Shown: positions 1-13,777, numbered from the stretch's first letter. The stretch is 58,727 bases of DNA from Acidobacteriota bacterium (GCA_031393555.1 JANMVW010000334.1:1-58727), one strand, 5' to 3'. Translations and numbers: made by a program. Notes: generated by a model not told the origin, from the letters alone.

Positions 1-418
1 GGTCTCGGTTGGTCAGAATGCCGACGAGCTTGCCCGCCTTGTCGACGACCGGAAGGCCTGAAATCCGGTATCGGCTCATGGCCTCCAAGGCCTCGTAGAC
101 CTTCTGATCCGGCGTCATCGTCACCGGGTCGACGATCATCCCCGACTCGGAGCGCTTGACCTTGTCGATTTCGCTGGCCTGCTCGGCGATGGGCAGGTTC
201 TTGTGGATGATCCCGATCCCGCCCTCTTGCGCCAGCGCGACGGCAAGCCTCGACTCGGTGACGGTGTCCATCGCGGAAGACACGAGAGGGACGTTGAGGG
301 TGATCTTCCTCGTCAGGCGGGTTTTCGTGTCGACGTGGCCAGGAAGAATGCGCGAGTGCGCCGGAACGAGCAGGACATCGTCGAAGGTAAGGGCCTCTGG
401 GACCGGGAATTCCAGCAT
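1..418 (-). CDS. guaB: IMP dehydrogenase, N-terminal part (gene runs off the window start)
   Basis: Reverse translation from ATG 418..416 reads [78 protein letters not shown]-type segment follows ([32 protein letters not shown]). This is a canonical IMPDH N-terminus, with GGAGG just upstream of the ATG. It is missing from the ORF track because there is no stop inside the window. Confidence 0.9.
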   Translation of the reverse strand, partial: MLEFPVPEALTFDDVLLVPAHSRILPGHVDTKTRLTRKITLNVPLVSSAMDTVTESRLAVALAQEGGIGIIHKNLPIAEQASEIDKVKRSESGMIVDPVTMTPDQKVYEALEAMSRYRISGLPVVDKAGKLVGILTNRD

Positions 419-471
419 CGGACCTCCGCGTTCCCAACTCATTCTAGCAGGGCGCAAAAAGGCGACGGCGA

Positions 472-1428
472 TCAGGCTCGCTTCGCCCCGCAACCCGGGC
501 AGAATTTGGCTCCGTCCGGGACCTTACCGCCACAGTTCGTGCAGAACGTCCCGGTGCCGCCTACCGCGGCCCCTCCCGAGGCCGAGGGCGCCATCGCGTC
601 CTTGATCATCCCGGCGACGGTCATGCCGATCCCAGCTCCCACGCCGAGGCCGATCCCCGCGGAGGCACCGCCGTCCCCCGACTGGTTTTTCGCGGCATCG
701 CCCATCGCTTGCGCTGCCTTGAACTTGAGATACGTGTTCTGGTCGCCGACGGCCGCCATCCCGGTGCGCTCGTCGATGACTTTTTGGACCTCGTCCGGAG
801 GCGTGATCGCTCCAACGAAAAAATCGGTCATCTCGAGGCCGTACTTGGCAAAATCACCGGAGACACGTCCTTTCAGAGCTTCCGCCATTTCGTCGTAGTG
901 CTGTGGGAGATCGAAAATCGTCTTGAGCGTCGTACCCAGGACGTCATTGAGCCGCGCGACGATGACGTCCCTGAGGTACCCCTCGATGGCGTCGGTCGTG
1001 TACCGGCCCTGGCTCCCGACGATCTGATTGACGAAAAGCTGCGGGTCGGTCACGCGGACTGCGAAATTCCCGTTGGCTCGAAGACGAACCATAGAGAGTT
1101 CGGCATCGCGAAACACGACGGGCTCGCGCGTTCCCCACTTCATCCCGGTGAAGACCTTCTTGGCCACGTAGTACACGTCGGCGCGAAACGGCGAGGTCCC
1201 GCCGAACGGGAGACCGATGAGGCGGGTCAGCAGGGGAATGTTCCCCGTCGTCAGGGTATGGCGCCCCGCGGCAAAGGTGTCCAGCGCCTTTCCGTCGCGA
1301 AAAAACACTGCCCACTGATTTTCGGAAACAACAAGTTGCGCGCCGAGCTTGAGCTCTCCGCCGGCGGAGAAGCGCCACACCATTTCCCGCCCGGAATTGT
1401 CCTTCCACTCGATGACTTCGATCGCCAT
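472..1428 (-). CDS. SPFH/band-7 domain protein with C-terminal zinc ribbon (YdjI/COG4260-like)
   Basis: 318-aa ORF starting at ATG. The SPFH-like core is followed by a Gly/Ala-rich linker and a CxxC...CxxC ribbon ([20 protein letters not shown]). Confidence 0.8.
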   Translation of the reverse strand: MAIEVIEWKDNSGREMVWRFSAGGELKLGAQLVVSENQWAVFFRDGKALDTFAAGRHTLTTGNIPLLTRLIGLPFGGTSPFRADVYYVAKKVFTGMKWGTREPVVFRDAELSMVRLRANGNFAVRVTDPQLFVNQIVGSQGRYTTDAIEGYLRDVIVARLNDVLGTTLKTIFDLPQHYDEMAEALKGRVSGDFAKYGLEMTDFFVGAITPPDEVQKVIDERTGMAAVGDQNTYLKFKAAQAMGDAAKNQSGDGGASAGIGLGVGAGIGMTVAGMIKDAMAPSASGGAAVGGTGTFCTNCGGKVPDGAKFCPGCGAKRA

Positions 1429-1451
1429 GGGCTGTCCTCCCGAGAGTCGTT

Positions 1452-1952
1452 TTAGGTCGTGGGCGTTTCGAACATTTCGCGACGGCGCGCGATCTTCTGA
1501 TCGAGTTGCTCCGCGGTATTCGTGAATGCAACGAGCGTGGACCCGTCCGGGGCCACGGCCGAGATCGAGCGAAGGGCGTCGGACAACGCGACGACGTCGG
1601 TCATGAGAGCGGCATCGTAGGCGCAGATCTGATCGAGCTCCACCTCGCGGATCTTCAGTTGATCGAACAGGCCGCTGAAGCCGTAGTCCGCATAGCGGAG
1701 CGAAGACACCGATTTCTGGAGGATGCGGTCGAGGCGCCCGATCGCGTCGAGGGTCTTCAGTTGCCCGGCATCTGTCGCCACGTTCCGCAGGGCCGACAAT
1801 CCCGCCCGCCCCTCGTCGAGCCGTCCGGCGAGGAAGTCGCGAACGCGACGGTCGGTCTCACGCCGCCCCTCGCGCTCGCGATAGCCGGCGACTCCGGGGA
1901 TGTAATTCGCGATTTTCTCGAGGAAGTTCTTCTCGGATACCGGCACTGTCAC
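1452..1952 (-). CDS. hypothetical protein (helical, Arg/Glu-rich), 23 nt upstream of the SPFH gene
   Basis: 166-aa ORF with a GTG start, fitting between the secA stop and the SPFH gene. Composition looks coding, but I recognise no family. Confidence 0.5.
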   Translation of the reverse strand: MTVPVSEKNFLEKIANYIPGVAGYREREGRRETDRRVRDFLAGRLDEGRAGLSALRNVATDAGQLKTLDAIGRLDRILQKSVSSLRYADYGFSGLFDQLKIREVELDQICAYDAALMTDVVALSDALRSISAVAPDGSTLVAFTNTAEQLDQKIARRREMFETPTT

Positions 1953-2002
1953 GACATCCCCTTCCTGGCCGAGGCGGCCTTACCGTGGAGTACGCACGCC
2001 CA

Positions 2003-4738
<2,736 letters not shown>

Positions 4739-4752
4739 GGGAACTCACTCTA

Positions 4753-5337
4753 TCAGACGGCCGCGTCAGACCCGGGGACGGCCGGACTCGCGATCCGTCG
4801 GTGGAAAAGGGGAAACGCAAGAGGCACCGACAGGCGCAGGACGAGATAGTCGGACGCAGCAACCGCTCGGCCGAGTCCGGACTTCCGTGCGACGACGCCG
4901 GCCGCCGCCCAGAACAGGTCGTGCCACGCCAAGAGTTGCGCGTAGGCGCGCGCCGGAGGACTTTCCAGCGAACGCCAGACTCCCCCGCGCCGCAACGCGC
5001 TGACACGGGCAAGAACGTCCTCGGTTGCGAGAAGCGGATCCAGGGCGTTGCGGCCGTCGCCACGCGTCCGCAAACCGGCCCGTCCATCGCGCGTGACCAC
5101 CGACCCCAGACAACGGTGAACCACCCAGTAGTCCTGTTGCCTGTACAAGAGAAGATCACCACGCCCCGGCGGCGTCGCGAGAGGAACCGCCAAAACCGCA
5201 TCTCCACCCCTGAGGTGCGGCGCCATGCTCGTGTCACCCGGCGTGACGACGACGATCGCCGACCCGCTGGCGGCCAGCATCATCTGGAGAGCTTGGTCGC
5301 GTAGCACGCCACTCGGTTGGGACGGGAGATGAGGCAT
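4753..5337 (-). CDS. S26/S24-type (signal-peptidase-I-like) serine peptidase, putative
   Basis: 194 aa. The motif order resembles S26: GDTSMAPHLRGGD (Ser box), RGDLLLY, VVHRC, TRGDGRNALDP. It lies 14 nt upstream of secA. No SD is visible before the ATG at 5337, so the start is uncertain. Confidence 0.5.
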   Translation of the reverse strand: MPHLPSQPSGVLRDQALQMMLAASGSAIVVVTPGDTSMAPHLRGGDAVLAVPLATPPGRGDLLLYRQQDYWVVHRCLGSVVTRDGRAGLRTRGDGRNALDPLLATEDVLARVSALRRGGVWRSLESPPARAYAQLLAWHDLFWAAAGVVARKSGLGRAVAASDYLVLRLSVPLAFPLFHRRIASPAVPGSDAAV

Positions 5338-5353
5338 GTCGAGGTGGGTCTAG

Positions 5354-5414
5354 AAAAAACTTGACCTCTCCCGGGCCTGTGGGGGGGGCGTTTCCAGCAG
5401 GCCCGGAAGAGGTC
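5354..5414 (-). terminator. Rho-independent terminator (minus strand)
   Basis: The 17-nt arms GACCTCTCCCGGGCCTG (5363-5379) and CAGGCCCGGAAGAGGTC (5398-5414) are inverted repeats with one mismatch. On the minus strand the stem is followed by AAG + TTTTTT (plus-strand A6 at 5354-5359). Confidence 0.6.
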
Positions 5415-5621
5415 GAACACTGACCAGGAGGAGGTCATGTGACGTAAGACAGCTAAAGCAACCAGGATGCCAACTACTCGCGTTGAAAAAATAGTCGTTT
5501 TTTTCGAGTTTTTTTTGAAACGCTGCCGCGAGACGAGGCTCGTTGGGCCGGTTCTCAAGCGTCAGGCTGACGTGGGATGACCCTCGGGACGCCGTAATGG
5601 CATCACTCGTCACCTCGAAGT

Positions 5622-6785
5622 TCAATCTTGGCCGCTCGCGGCCTCCCGCAGGATGCTCCTCGCGATGACCAACCGCTGGATTTGGTTCGTCCCTTCGTAG
5701 ATCTGGGTGATCTTCGCATCGCGCATGTACTTCTCGATCGGGTAGTCCTTGCAGTAGCCGTACCCGCCGAACAACTGGACCGCGTTCGTTGTGACCATCA
5801 TCGCGACATCCGTCGCGAAGAGCTTGCACATCGCCGAGAGCTTCGAGATGTTCTTGGCCTTGGCGTCGGCCGCGCGCGCCGCCGTGTGAACTAGCGTCCG
5901 CGCGGCCTCGAGTTGCGTCCCCATGTCCGCGAGCATCCATTGAATGCCTTGGAACGAGTTGATCGACTGACCGAATTGCTTGCGCTTCCCCGTGTACTCG
6001 ACCGCAAGTTCGAAAGCCCCCTGCGCGAGCCCGAGCGCCTGAGCCGCGACACCGGGCCGTGCGAGATCGAGGGTCATCATCGCATGGCGGAACCCCTGCC
6101 CCTCGGCACCAAGCATCTGGTCTTTCGACACTCGGCAATTCTCGAGGTGGATCTCATTCACGGGGACGCATCGGATCCCCATCTTGTCTTCATGCTTGCC
6201 AACTCGATATCCCGGGGTGCCCGCCTCGACGACGAAAGCGGAAATGCCGCGTGCACCACGTCCGGGCTGAGTGACGGCGAAAATCGTGTTGTACGAAGCG
6301 ACGGCTCCGCCGGTATTCCACTTCTTCTCGCCGTTGATGACGAAGTAGTCCCCGTCTTTTTCGGCTTTCGTGACCATGGAGCCGGCATCCGAGCCCGCGT
6401 CCTTTTCCGACAATCCGAACGAGATCAGCTTGTCGCCCGAAGCGATGCCGGGGAGCCAACGACTCTTCTGCTCCTCCGTGCCCCCGAGCAGGATCGGAAA
6501 CGATCCGAGGGCGTTGACGGCGTAGGCGACGCCCATTCCGCCGCACGCACGTGAGAATTGCTCGACGACGAGGCAAAGGTCGAGCACGGTGCCTCCCGCG
6601 CCTCCGAACTCTTTCGGGATCCACACGCCGGACAACCCGGCTTCCTTGATGGCCTTTTGAACCGACCAGGGGTAGGTCTGCTCGACGTCGTGCTGCGCTG
6701 CGACGGGACGGATGTGCTTTTCTGCCACCTCGCGCGCGCGCTCCATGAAATCGATGTTCTGCTTGCTCAAAAGCTCGCGAATCAT
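5622..6785 (-). CDS. acyl-CoA dehydrogenase
   Basis: An ACAD fold is evident (GLSEKDAGSDAGSM, WNTGG, QLFGGYGYCKDYPIEKYMRDAKITQIYEGTNQIQR). I prefer the internal ATG at 6785 (MIRELLSKQNIDFMERAREVAEKH) over the GTG at 6824 listed in the track. Confidence 0.9.
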   Translation of the reverse strand: MIRELLSKQNIDFMERAREVAEKHIRPVAAQHDVEQTYPWSVQKAIKEAGLSGVWIPKEFGGAGGTVLDLCLVVEQFSRACGGMGVAYAVNALGSFPILLGGTEEQKSRWLPGIASGDKLISFGLSEKDAGSDAGSMVTKAEKDGDYFVINGEKKWNTGGAVASYNTIFAVTQPGRGARGISAFVVEAGTPGYRVGKHEDKMGIRCVPVNEIHLENCRVSKDQMLGAEGQGFRHAMMTLDLARPGVAAQALGLAQGAFELAVEYTGKRKQFGQSINSFQGIQWMLADMGTQLEAARTLVHTAARAADAKAKNISKLSAMCKLFATDVAMMVTTNAVQLFGGYGYCKDYPIEKYMRDAKITQIYEGTNQIQRLVIARSILREAASGQD

Positions 6786-6881
6786 GGGCCGCCCCCCGTG
6801 AGAAATGGAGTCGCACTCTACCACGCGGGGGGGGGGCCGCTCCCCGTTTGATAGGATGTCCCCGTGATCTGAATCTCACCT

Positions 6882-8102
6882 ATGGACTACAAGAACCTCT
6901 TCCGCAAGATCGAGCGCAACCTTCGTACGATCGAGAGATCGAATGATCTCCTGGCGACGTTGGCCGAGATCCTCCGGCGCCTCGTCGACGACTTCCAGGA
7001 CGACCTCGGTTTGGTCGGCGGTCGGATCTACGACAAGAAAGGTCCGCATTACCTCTTGAAGCGCGAGTATCCGAAGCCTCGCGCGCCGAAGGACTACAAG
7101 ATTTCCGCGACCTACCCGCCGATCCGCGAACTGGTGGAGCGTGGGTACGTTTACAGCCGTCTCGGCGACGCGGGCGTGGACTCGCGGATCGAGGCCACCT
7201 TGGGTGTGAAACGGTTCGCCGCGATCGGCATCGGGGAATCGTGCCGGCAGATCGTCGCCTTCACACTGAGGGAAAACAGCGACCCGGAACAGGTCGGTCA
7301 CACGTTGAACACGATTCGGCACGCGATCAACCTGAAGCTCCGCAGCGAGAAGTTCGCTGACCGCTTTGCGGAGGCACGCGCGATCCAATTGTCCCTGCTG
7401 CCTGCCTCGGCCCCCTCGTTCGGAGACTACGACATCTTCGCGGCTTCCATACCCGCGGAGGAAGTCGGCGGCGATCTCTACGACTTCATCCGAGTGTCCC
7501 AGAGGAGCCTCGGCATAGCCGTGGCGGACGCTTCCGGGCACGGCCTGCCGGCCGCGCTTCAGGCGCGGGACGCGATTATCGGCTTGCGCATGGGCGTCGA
7601 AGAGAACCTGCGCATCTCGGCGACGCTCGAGAAGCTCAACCGTGTGGTCAACCACTCGGCTCTCGCGTCGAAGTTCATCTCGCTCTTCTACGCCGAGCTC
7701 GAATCCGGGGGGACCATCGTGTACTGCAACGCCGGGCACAATCCGCCCTTACTCTGGGACGGTCTCGCCTTTCGAGAACTCGCGCGTGGCGGCATGATCC
7801 TCGGCCCGAGCCCCGGATCGCAATACGAGCGGGGATACGAGACGCTGGCCGAAGGCTCCATCCTCCTCGCCTACACCGATGGCATCGTCGAAGCGGTCAA
7901 CGCGTCCGACGAAGCCTTCGGGATGGACAGGCTTCGGGCGGTCATCCGAGATCGCGTCTGGGCCTCGGCTCGCGAGCTCGTCGATGCGGTCTTCGCCGAC
8001 GTGCGCCGACACGTCGGAGGGGACACGCGAGACGACGACCAGACCGTCGTTGCCGTGCTCCGAAAGACCAAGCCGGCCCGGGGACGGGCCAAGCAGGCCT
8101 AG
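6882..8102 (+). CDS. PP2C-family (SpoIIE/RsbU-like) serine phosphatase with N-terminal GAF-like sensor region
   Basis: 406 aa. PP2C motifs present: GGDLYDF, VADASGHGLPAAL, LFYAEL, YTDGIVEA, DDQTVVAV. Confidence 0.85.
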   Translation: MDYKNLFRKIERNLRTIERSNDLLATLAEILRRLVDDFQDDLGLVGGRIYDKKGPHYLLKREYPKPRAPKDYKISATYPPIRELVERGYVYSRLGDAGVDSRIEATLGVKRFAAIGIGESCRQIVAFTLRENSDPEQVGHTLNTIRHAINLKLRSEKFADRFAEARAIQLSLLPASAPSFGDYDIFAASIPAEEVGGDLYDFIRVSQRSLGIAVADASGHGLPAALQARDAIIGLRMGVEENLRISATLEKLNRVVNHSALASKFISLFYAELESGGTIVYCNAGHNPPLLWDGLAFRELARGGMILGPSPGSQYERGYETLAEGSILLAYTDGIVEAVNASDEAFGMDRLRAVIRDRVWASARELVDAVFADVRRHVGGDTRDDDQTVVAVLRKTKPARGRAKQA

Positions 8103-8821
8103 CGCTCGATGAGCAGGAACAGCGCTCCGCAAAGCGCAATGAGGATACCGCTCGCCGTCTCCATGTGACGAGCGACGGCGGGCACGTGGAGGCGCCGGGT
8201 CCCCACGACGCCGGCCACCGACAGGCCCACCATCAGCGCGATCGTCGTGACGGAGTAGGCCAGGGTCACGAGCGCGACGGCGCCGGCCCCCTGCTCGGCC
8301 GTCGCCACCATGATTGGAAGCAGGAGGACGCACGGGTTGAGGCCGACGATCATCGCGAGAGAAATCGCTCCCTTCCCCGCGTCCGTGCGGATCCAGGCGT
8401 CGTCGGCGTGGTAGTGAAGGTGCTCGCTATCGGCGAAGGCCTCGTGCCCATCGCAACGGTCCTGCTCGCTTCGGGCGTGGAGCAGGGCGCCCCCCGGATG
8501 GAAGTGGCCGCCCTTGCGCCATGCCCACAGCGCATAGGCCACGCCGAAGATGACGAGCAACAAGCCGCTTGCGCGTTCGAGCCGCTCGCCGACGGCACGT
8601 GCGGCGGTCTTCCCGAGTCCCAGCGCCAGGAGGCCCAAAGCGATGGACAAGAGCGTGTGGACGAAGGCTGAAAAGCCGGACACCGCCGCGGTCGTTCGTG
8701 CGGACCAACCCCGAGCCCGTCCCACGAGAACGAAGGGAAGCCAATGATCGGGGATGAGCGTGTGGAAGGCCGCGGTCGCCGCGGCCGTCAGGAGCAGAAG
8801 CGACGGAACGGCACCAGGCAC
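8099..8821 (-). CDS. integral membrane protein, putative metal (Ni/Co-type) transporter with His-rich loop
   Basis: About 6 TM segments, an HTLIPDHW motif in TM1 and a His-rich loop (GGHFHPGG...HEAFADSEHLHYHADD). The track ORF (to 9208) overlaps rny. I use the GTG at 8821, which overlaps the rny stop (TAGTG). Family assignment is tentative. Confidence 0.55.
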   Translation of the reverse strand: MPGAVPSLLLLTAAATAAFHTLIPDHWLPFVLVGRARGWSARTTAAVSGFSAFVHTLLSIALGLLALGLGKTAARAVGERLERASGLLLVIFGVAYALWAWRKGGHFHPGGALLHARSEQDRCDGHEAFADSEHLHYHADDAWIRTDAGKGAISLAMIVGLNPCVLLLPIMVATAEQGAGAVALVTLAYSVTTIALMVGLSVAGVVGTRRLHVPAVARHMETASGILIALCGALFLLIER

Positions 8822-10386
8822 TACCGCGCGACTTCCTGCGCCCGGATCTCGCGTATGACGGTCACCTTGATCTTGCCCGGGTAGTCCATTTCGGTCTCGA
8901 TGCGGCGAGCCAGATCGGAGGCCAGCAGGTCGATCCGCGCATCGTCGACAAGATCGGTGTTCGCGATGACGCGGATCTCCCGTCCCGCCTGGAGCGCGTA
9001 GGACTGTTCTACGCCGTCCATGCCATTCGCGAGCCCTTCGAGTTGCTCGATGCGTCGGACGTACTCCGCAGCGCTCTTGCGTCGCGCCCCAGGGCGAGCG
9101 CCCGACAACGCGTCGGCCGCTGCGACCAGGATCGTGATCGGCGTCGTCACCTCGATGTCTTCGTGATGGGCGGCGACGGCGTTGACGACTTCCCAGTTCT
9201 CTCCACACCGGGTCGCGACCTCGGCGCCGATCTCCGGGTGTGTCCCCTCCCGCTCGTAGTCGACCGCTTTGCCAATGTCGTGGAACAAGCCGGCGCGGCG
9301 CGCGATCTTCTCGTCGAGGCCCAGTTCGGCGGCCATGATTCCCGTGAGGTAGGCGACTTCCTTGGAGTGCATGAGGACGTTTTGGCCATAGGAGGTCCGA
9401 AAGAGCAGCCGTCCGAGAAGTTTGACCATCTCGGGCTGAACGTCCTTGATCCCCATCTCCTTGAGGGTCTGCTCACCCGCCTTCTTCATCTCGTCGTCGA
9501 GCCTTCGCTGATGGCGGCGCGTCAACTCCTCGATGCGACGCGGGTGGATATTGCCGTCCTTCAACAACATTTCGAGCACACGCCGCGCGATCTCGCGCTT
9601 CACCGGGTTGAATCCTGAAAGCTGCAACGACTCCCCTGACTCGTCGAGGAGGATCTGAATGCCGGTCAACTGCTCGAACGCCTTGATGTTCTTTCCTTCG
9701 TGCCCGATGATCCGGCCTCGCATCTGCCCGCCTGACGGCAAGGCGAAACGCGTTACCGTCCGCTCCGCGGAAAGGTCTGACGCAATGCGTTCCATCGCGA
9801 GCGCGATGATCTTCTGGGCTTCGGCCTCGGCACCCCGCTGCGCCTCGTCCTTGATCTCTTTGACCAGGCCGGCAGCCTCGAAGCGAGCCTCCGCCTTGAG
9901 ATTCGCCAGCAATTGCCTACGCGCCTCGTCACGCGTCAAACCTGACGCATATTCGAGTCGGGAGTTTTCCTCTTGGACGAGCTTCTCCAAGACCTCCCGA
10001 TCGCGAGCGAGAGCGGCCTCGCGCGCGGCGAGATTACTCTCCGCTTCGGAAACGGCCTCTCGCTGCCTCTGATTCTCGGCTTCGATCTCGGCGAGACCGT
10101 CCTGCAATTGCTTCAGATCGCGCTCGCGCTTGGCCACCTGCCCCTTGCGCGAGCGGAGGTCCGAATCGGCCTTCGACTTCTCGGCAAGGATCTGATCCCG
10201 CGCCTCGAGGATCTGATGACGTTTCAGGTTCTCCGCCTCGCGCAAGGCGGCTCTCTGGAACTCCTCGGACTTGAGCCGGGCAGCCGTTAGGCTGCTCGCC
10301 CCAAGTCGGTTATTCAGGAACCAACCGAGCACCGCGCAGAGCGCTCCGACCACGGCGCCGACGAGAACGAGGTTGAAGGAACTCAT
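8821..10386 (-). CDS. rny: ribonuclease Y
   Basis: N-terminal TM segment (MSSFNLVLVGAVVGALCAVLGWFL), a long coiled coil, a KH domain (GRIIGHEGKNIKAFEQLTG) and an HD domain (GLFHDIGKA...AAHHED). The ATG at 10386 overlaps the stop of the upstream gene (ATGA). Confidence 0.93.
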   Translation of the reverse strand: MSSFNLVLVGAVVGALCAVLGWFLNNRLGASSLTAARLKSEEFQRAALREAENLKRHQILEARDQILAEKSKADSDLRSRKGQVAKRERDLKQLQDGLAEIEAENQRQREAVSEAESNLAAREAALARDREVLEKLVQEENSRLEYASGLTRDEARRQLLANLKAEARFEAAGLVKEIKDEAQRGAEAEAQKIIALAMERIASDLSAERTVTRFALPSGGQMRGRIIGHEGKNIKAFEQLTGIQILLDESGESLQLSGFNPVKREIARRVLEMLLKDGNIHPRRIEELTRRHQRRLDDEMKKAGEQTLKEMGIKDVQPEMVKLLGRLLFRTSYGQNVLMHSKEVAYLTGIMAAELGLDEKIARRAGLFHDIGKAVDYEREGTHPEIGAEVATRCGENWEVVNAVAAHHEDIEVTTPITILVAAADALSGARPGARRKSAAEYVRRIEQLEGLANGMDGVEQSYALQAGREIRVIANTDLVDDARIDLLASDLARRIETEMDYPGKIKVTVIREIRAQEVAR

Positions 10387-11036
10387 CGGGCGATCCCCAG
10401 GGCCACATCGCCGACGAATGGATTCGTCCTGCGCTCGCGGCCAATCGTGGTCTCCCCTTCGTGCCCAGGGAGGCATCGCACGTCGTCGGGGAGCATGAAG
10501 AGTTTCTCTCGGATCGAAGCGATCAACGCGTCCCAGTCGCCTCCGGGAAGATCGGTCCGTCCCACGGAGCCTGCAAAAAGCGTGTCTCCGACGAGCATCT
10601 GGTCGCCCCGGCGCAGACAGACTCCGCCTGGGGTATGACCCGGCGTGTGGATCACGTCAAACATAGCGCCGTCGAACTCCAGACCCACCCCATCGACCAG
10701 GTCGCAATCGGCGGGCGGCGAGTCCTCGACGGACAAGCCGAACATCGACCCCTGCTCGCTCACGTTGTCGAGGAACGGCCGGTCGGCCGCGTGGATCGCG
10801 ATCGGAGCGCCGGTTTCCCTCTTGAAAAAGGCGTTTCCGGCTACGTGATCCAGATGACCGTGGGTGTTAACGATCAGCTCGACCGACAGCCCGCGATCGC
10901 GGACGACTTCCCAGACCGGCTCGCTTCCGATTCCGGGGTCCACGATCATCGCGCGCCGCCCGGACGGACCCACGACGACGTAGGTGTTTTCGGCGAACGG
11001 ACCGTAGGTGAAGCGGATGATCTCGAGGGGCTGCAT
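10383..11036 (-). CDS. MBL-fold metallo-hydrolase (glyoxalase II-like)
   Basis: Motifs HTHGHLDHVAGN, HTPGHTPG and the C-terminal GHEGETTIGRER. The ATG at 11036 is preceded by GGAG (GGACGGAGCGGCGAGATG). The TTG at 11075 is an alternative start. Confidence 0.85.
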   Translation of the reverse strand: MQPLEIIRFTYGPFAENTYVVVGPSGRRAMIVDPGIGSEPVWEVVRDRGLSVELIVNTHGHLDHVAGNAFFKRETGAPIAIHAADRPFLDNVSEQGSMFGLSVEDSPPADCDLVDGVGLEFDGAMFDVIHTPGHTPGGVCLRRGDQMLVGDTLFAGSVGRTDLPGGDWDALIASIREKLFMLPDDVRCLPGHEGETTIGRERRTNPFVGDVALGIAR

Positions 11037-11087
11037 CTCGCCGCTCCGTCCCGGAAAGGGGTTACGGAGCTCCAAAATAACACACGA

Positions 11088-12902
<1,815 letters not shown>

Positions 12903-12911
12903 CGTCTTCGC

Positions 12912-13754
12912 ATGGTAGCATGCATCGATCCTATGACCGCGAAACGCCCCGATGACGACGACCGGCTCGTCGAGAAAATTTATGACTCACTCGACGAAGG
13001 AGCGCCCGATCGCGCGCTCGCCTCGGCACGCATCGCGCTCCACGACGCGCCGGACGATCCCGTGCTTCATTTTCTGGCGGGGGTCGCGCTAGGCGAACTC
13101 GACCTGCCGGGGGAAGCGGTCCTGGAATTCGGCCGCGCCATCGCCCTAGACCCCGACGACCCTGAATTTCGCGCCGCGCGGGCCCAAGCTCTCTTTTCGA
13201 CGTGTCGATTCTCTGAGGCGAGAGCCGACGCCGAATCCGCCTTGGCGACCGAAAAGGCTCACGCCGACGCGCTTTGGGTCCTCGGTCTGGTGTTAGAACG
13301 AGATGGCCGTTTCGACGACGCGGACGACAAGTTTCTCGCGGCCGCTCGCATCGATCCGGAGCGATTCCAGACGCCCGTCCGGCTGTCTCACGAGGCGATG
13401 GCGGGGGTGGTCACACGCGCCGGGACGATGCTCCCGGAAGAGTTCCGGAGGTGCCTCGCGGAGGTGCCGGTCGTGGTCGAGGACCTCCCGTCCGAACTCA
13501 TGCTGACCGACGAGACGCCACCGCTCGATCCCGAGTTGCTCGGCCTATTCGTTGGCACCGCCCGGACCGAACGCTCCTTCGCGGCCGCCGGCGTCGAGGC
13601 GCCCCCCCGCATCCTGCTTTTCCAGCGCAACCTAGAGCGATTCGCGCGGGATGAGTCCGAACTCAAGCGAGAGATCGCGAGAACGTTGCACCACGAACTG
13701 GCTCACTACCTCGGCTTTGCCGAAGAGGATATGGCCGACCTCGACCTGGATTAG
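12912..13754 (+). CDS. TPR-repeat protein with C-terminal zincin-like metallopeptidase domain (HExxH)
   Basis: Only the last ~281 codons of the 1097-aa track ORF are credible. They have TPR-like helices and a C-terminal [11 protein letters not shown] motif, which resembles the minimal zincin (DUF1025-like) family. Candidate starts are ATG 12912 or ATG 12933. Confidence 0.7.
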   Translation: MVACIDPMTAKRPDDDDRLVEKIYDSLDEGAPDRALASARIALHDAPDDPVLHFLAGVALGELDLPGEAVLEFGRAIALDPDDPEFRAARAQALFSTCRFSEARADAESALATEKAHADALWVLGLVLERDGRFDDADDKFLAAARIDPERFQTPVRLSHEAMAGVVTRAGTMLPEEFRRCLAEVPVVVEDLPSELMLTDETPPLDPELLGLFVGTARTERSFAAAGVEAPPRILLFQRNLERFARDESELKREIARTLHHELAHYLGFAEEDMADLDLD

Positions 13755-13777
13755 ACTGGGAACGGTCTCCCCTTCTT

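Noticed and set aside
5398-5440. An SRP (4.5S) RNA-like GGAA tetraloop, and a plus-strand AGGAGGAGG + ATG-TGA start-stop mini-ORF.
   Set aside because: The flanks do not match the conserved SRP domain IV (no AGCA / GGAA symmetric loop context). No plus-strand gene or terminator follows the mini-ORF. The same bases are better explained as a minus-strand anti-SD hairpin upstream of a minus-strand terminator.
8822-9208. The N-terminal extension of the membrane-protein ORF (track coordinates 8099-9208).
   Set aside because: It overlaps the rny coding region in another frame and is Arg-rich junk. A GTG at 8821 just before the first TM helix gives a sensible protein.
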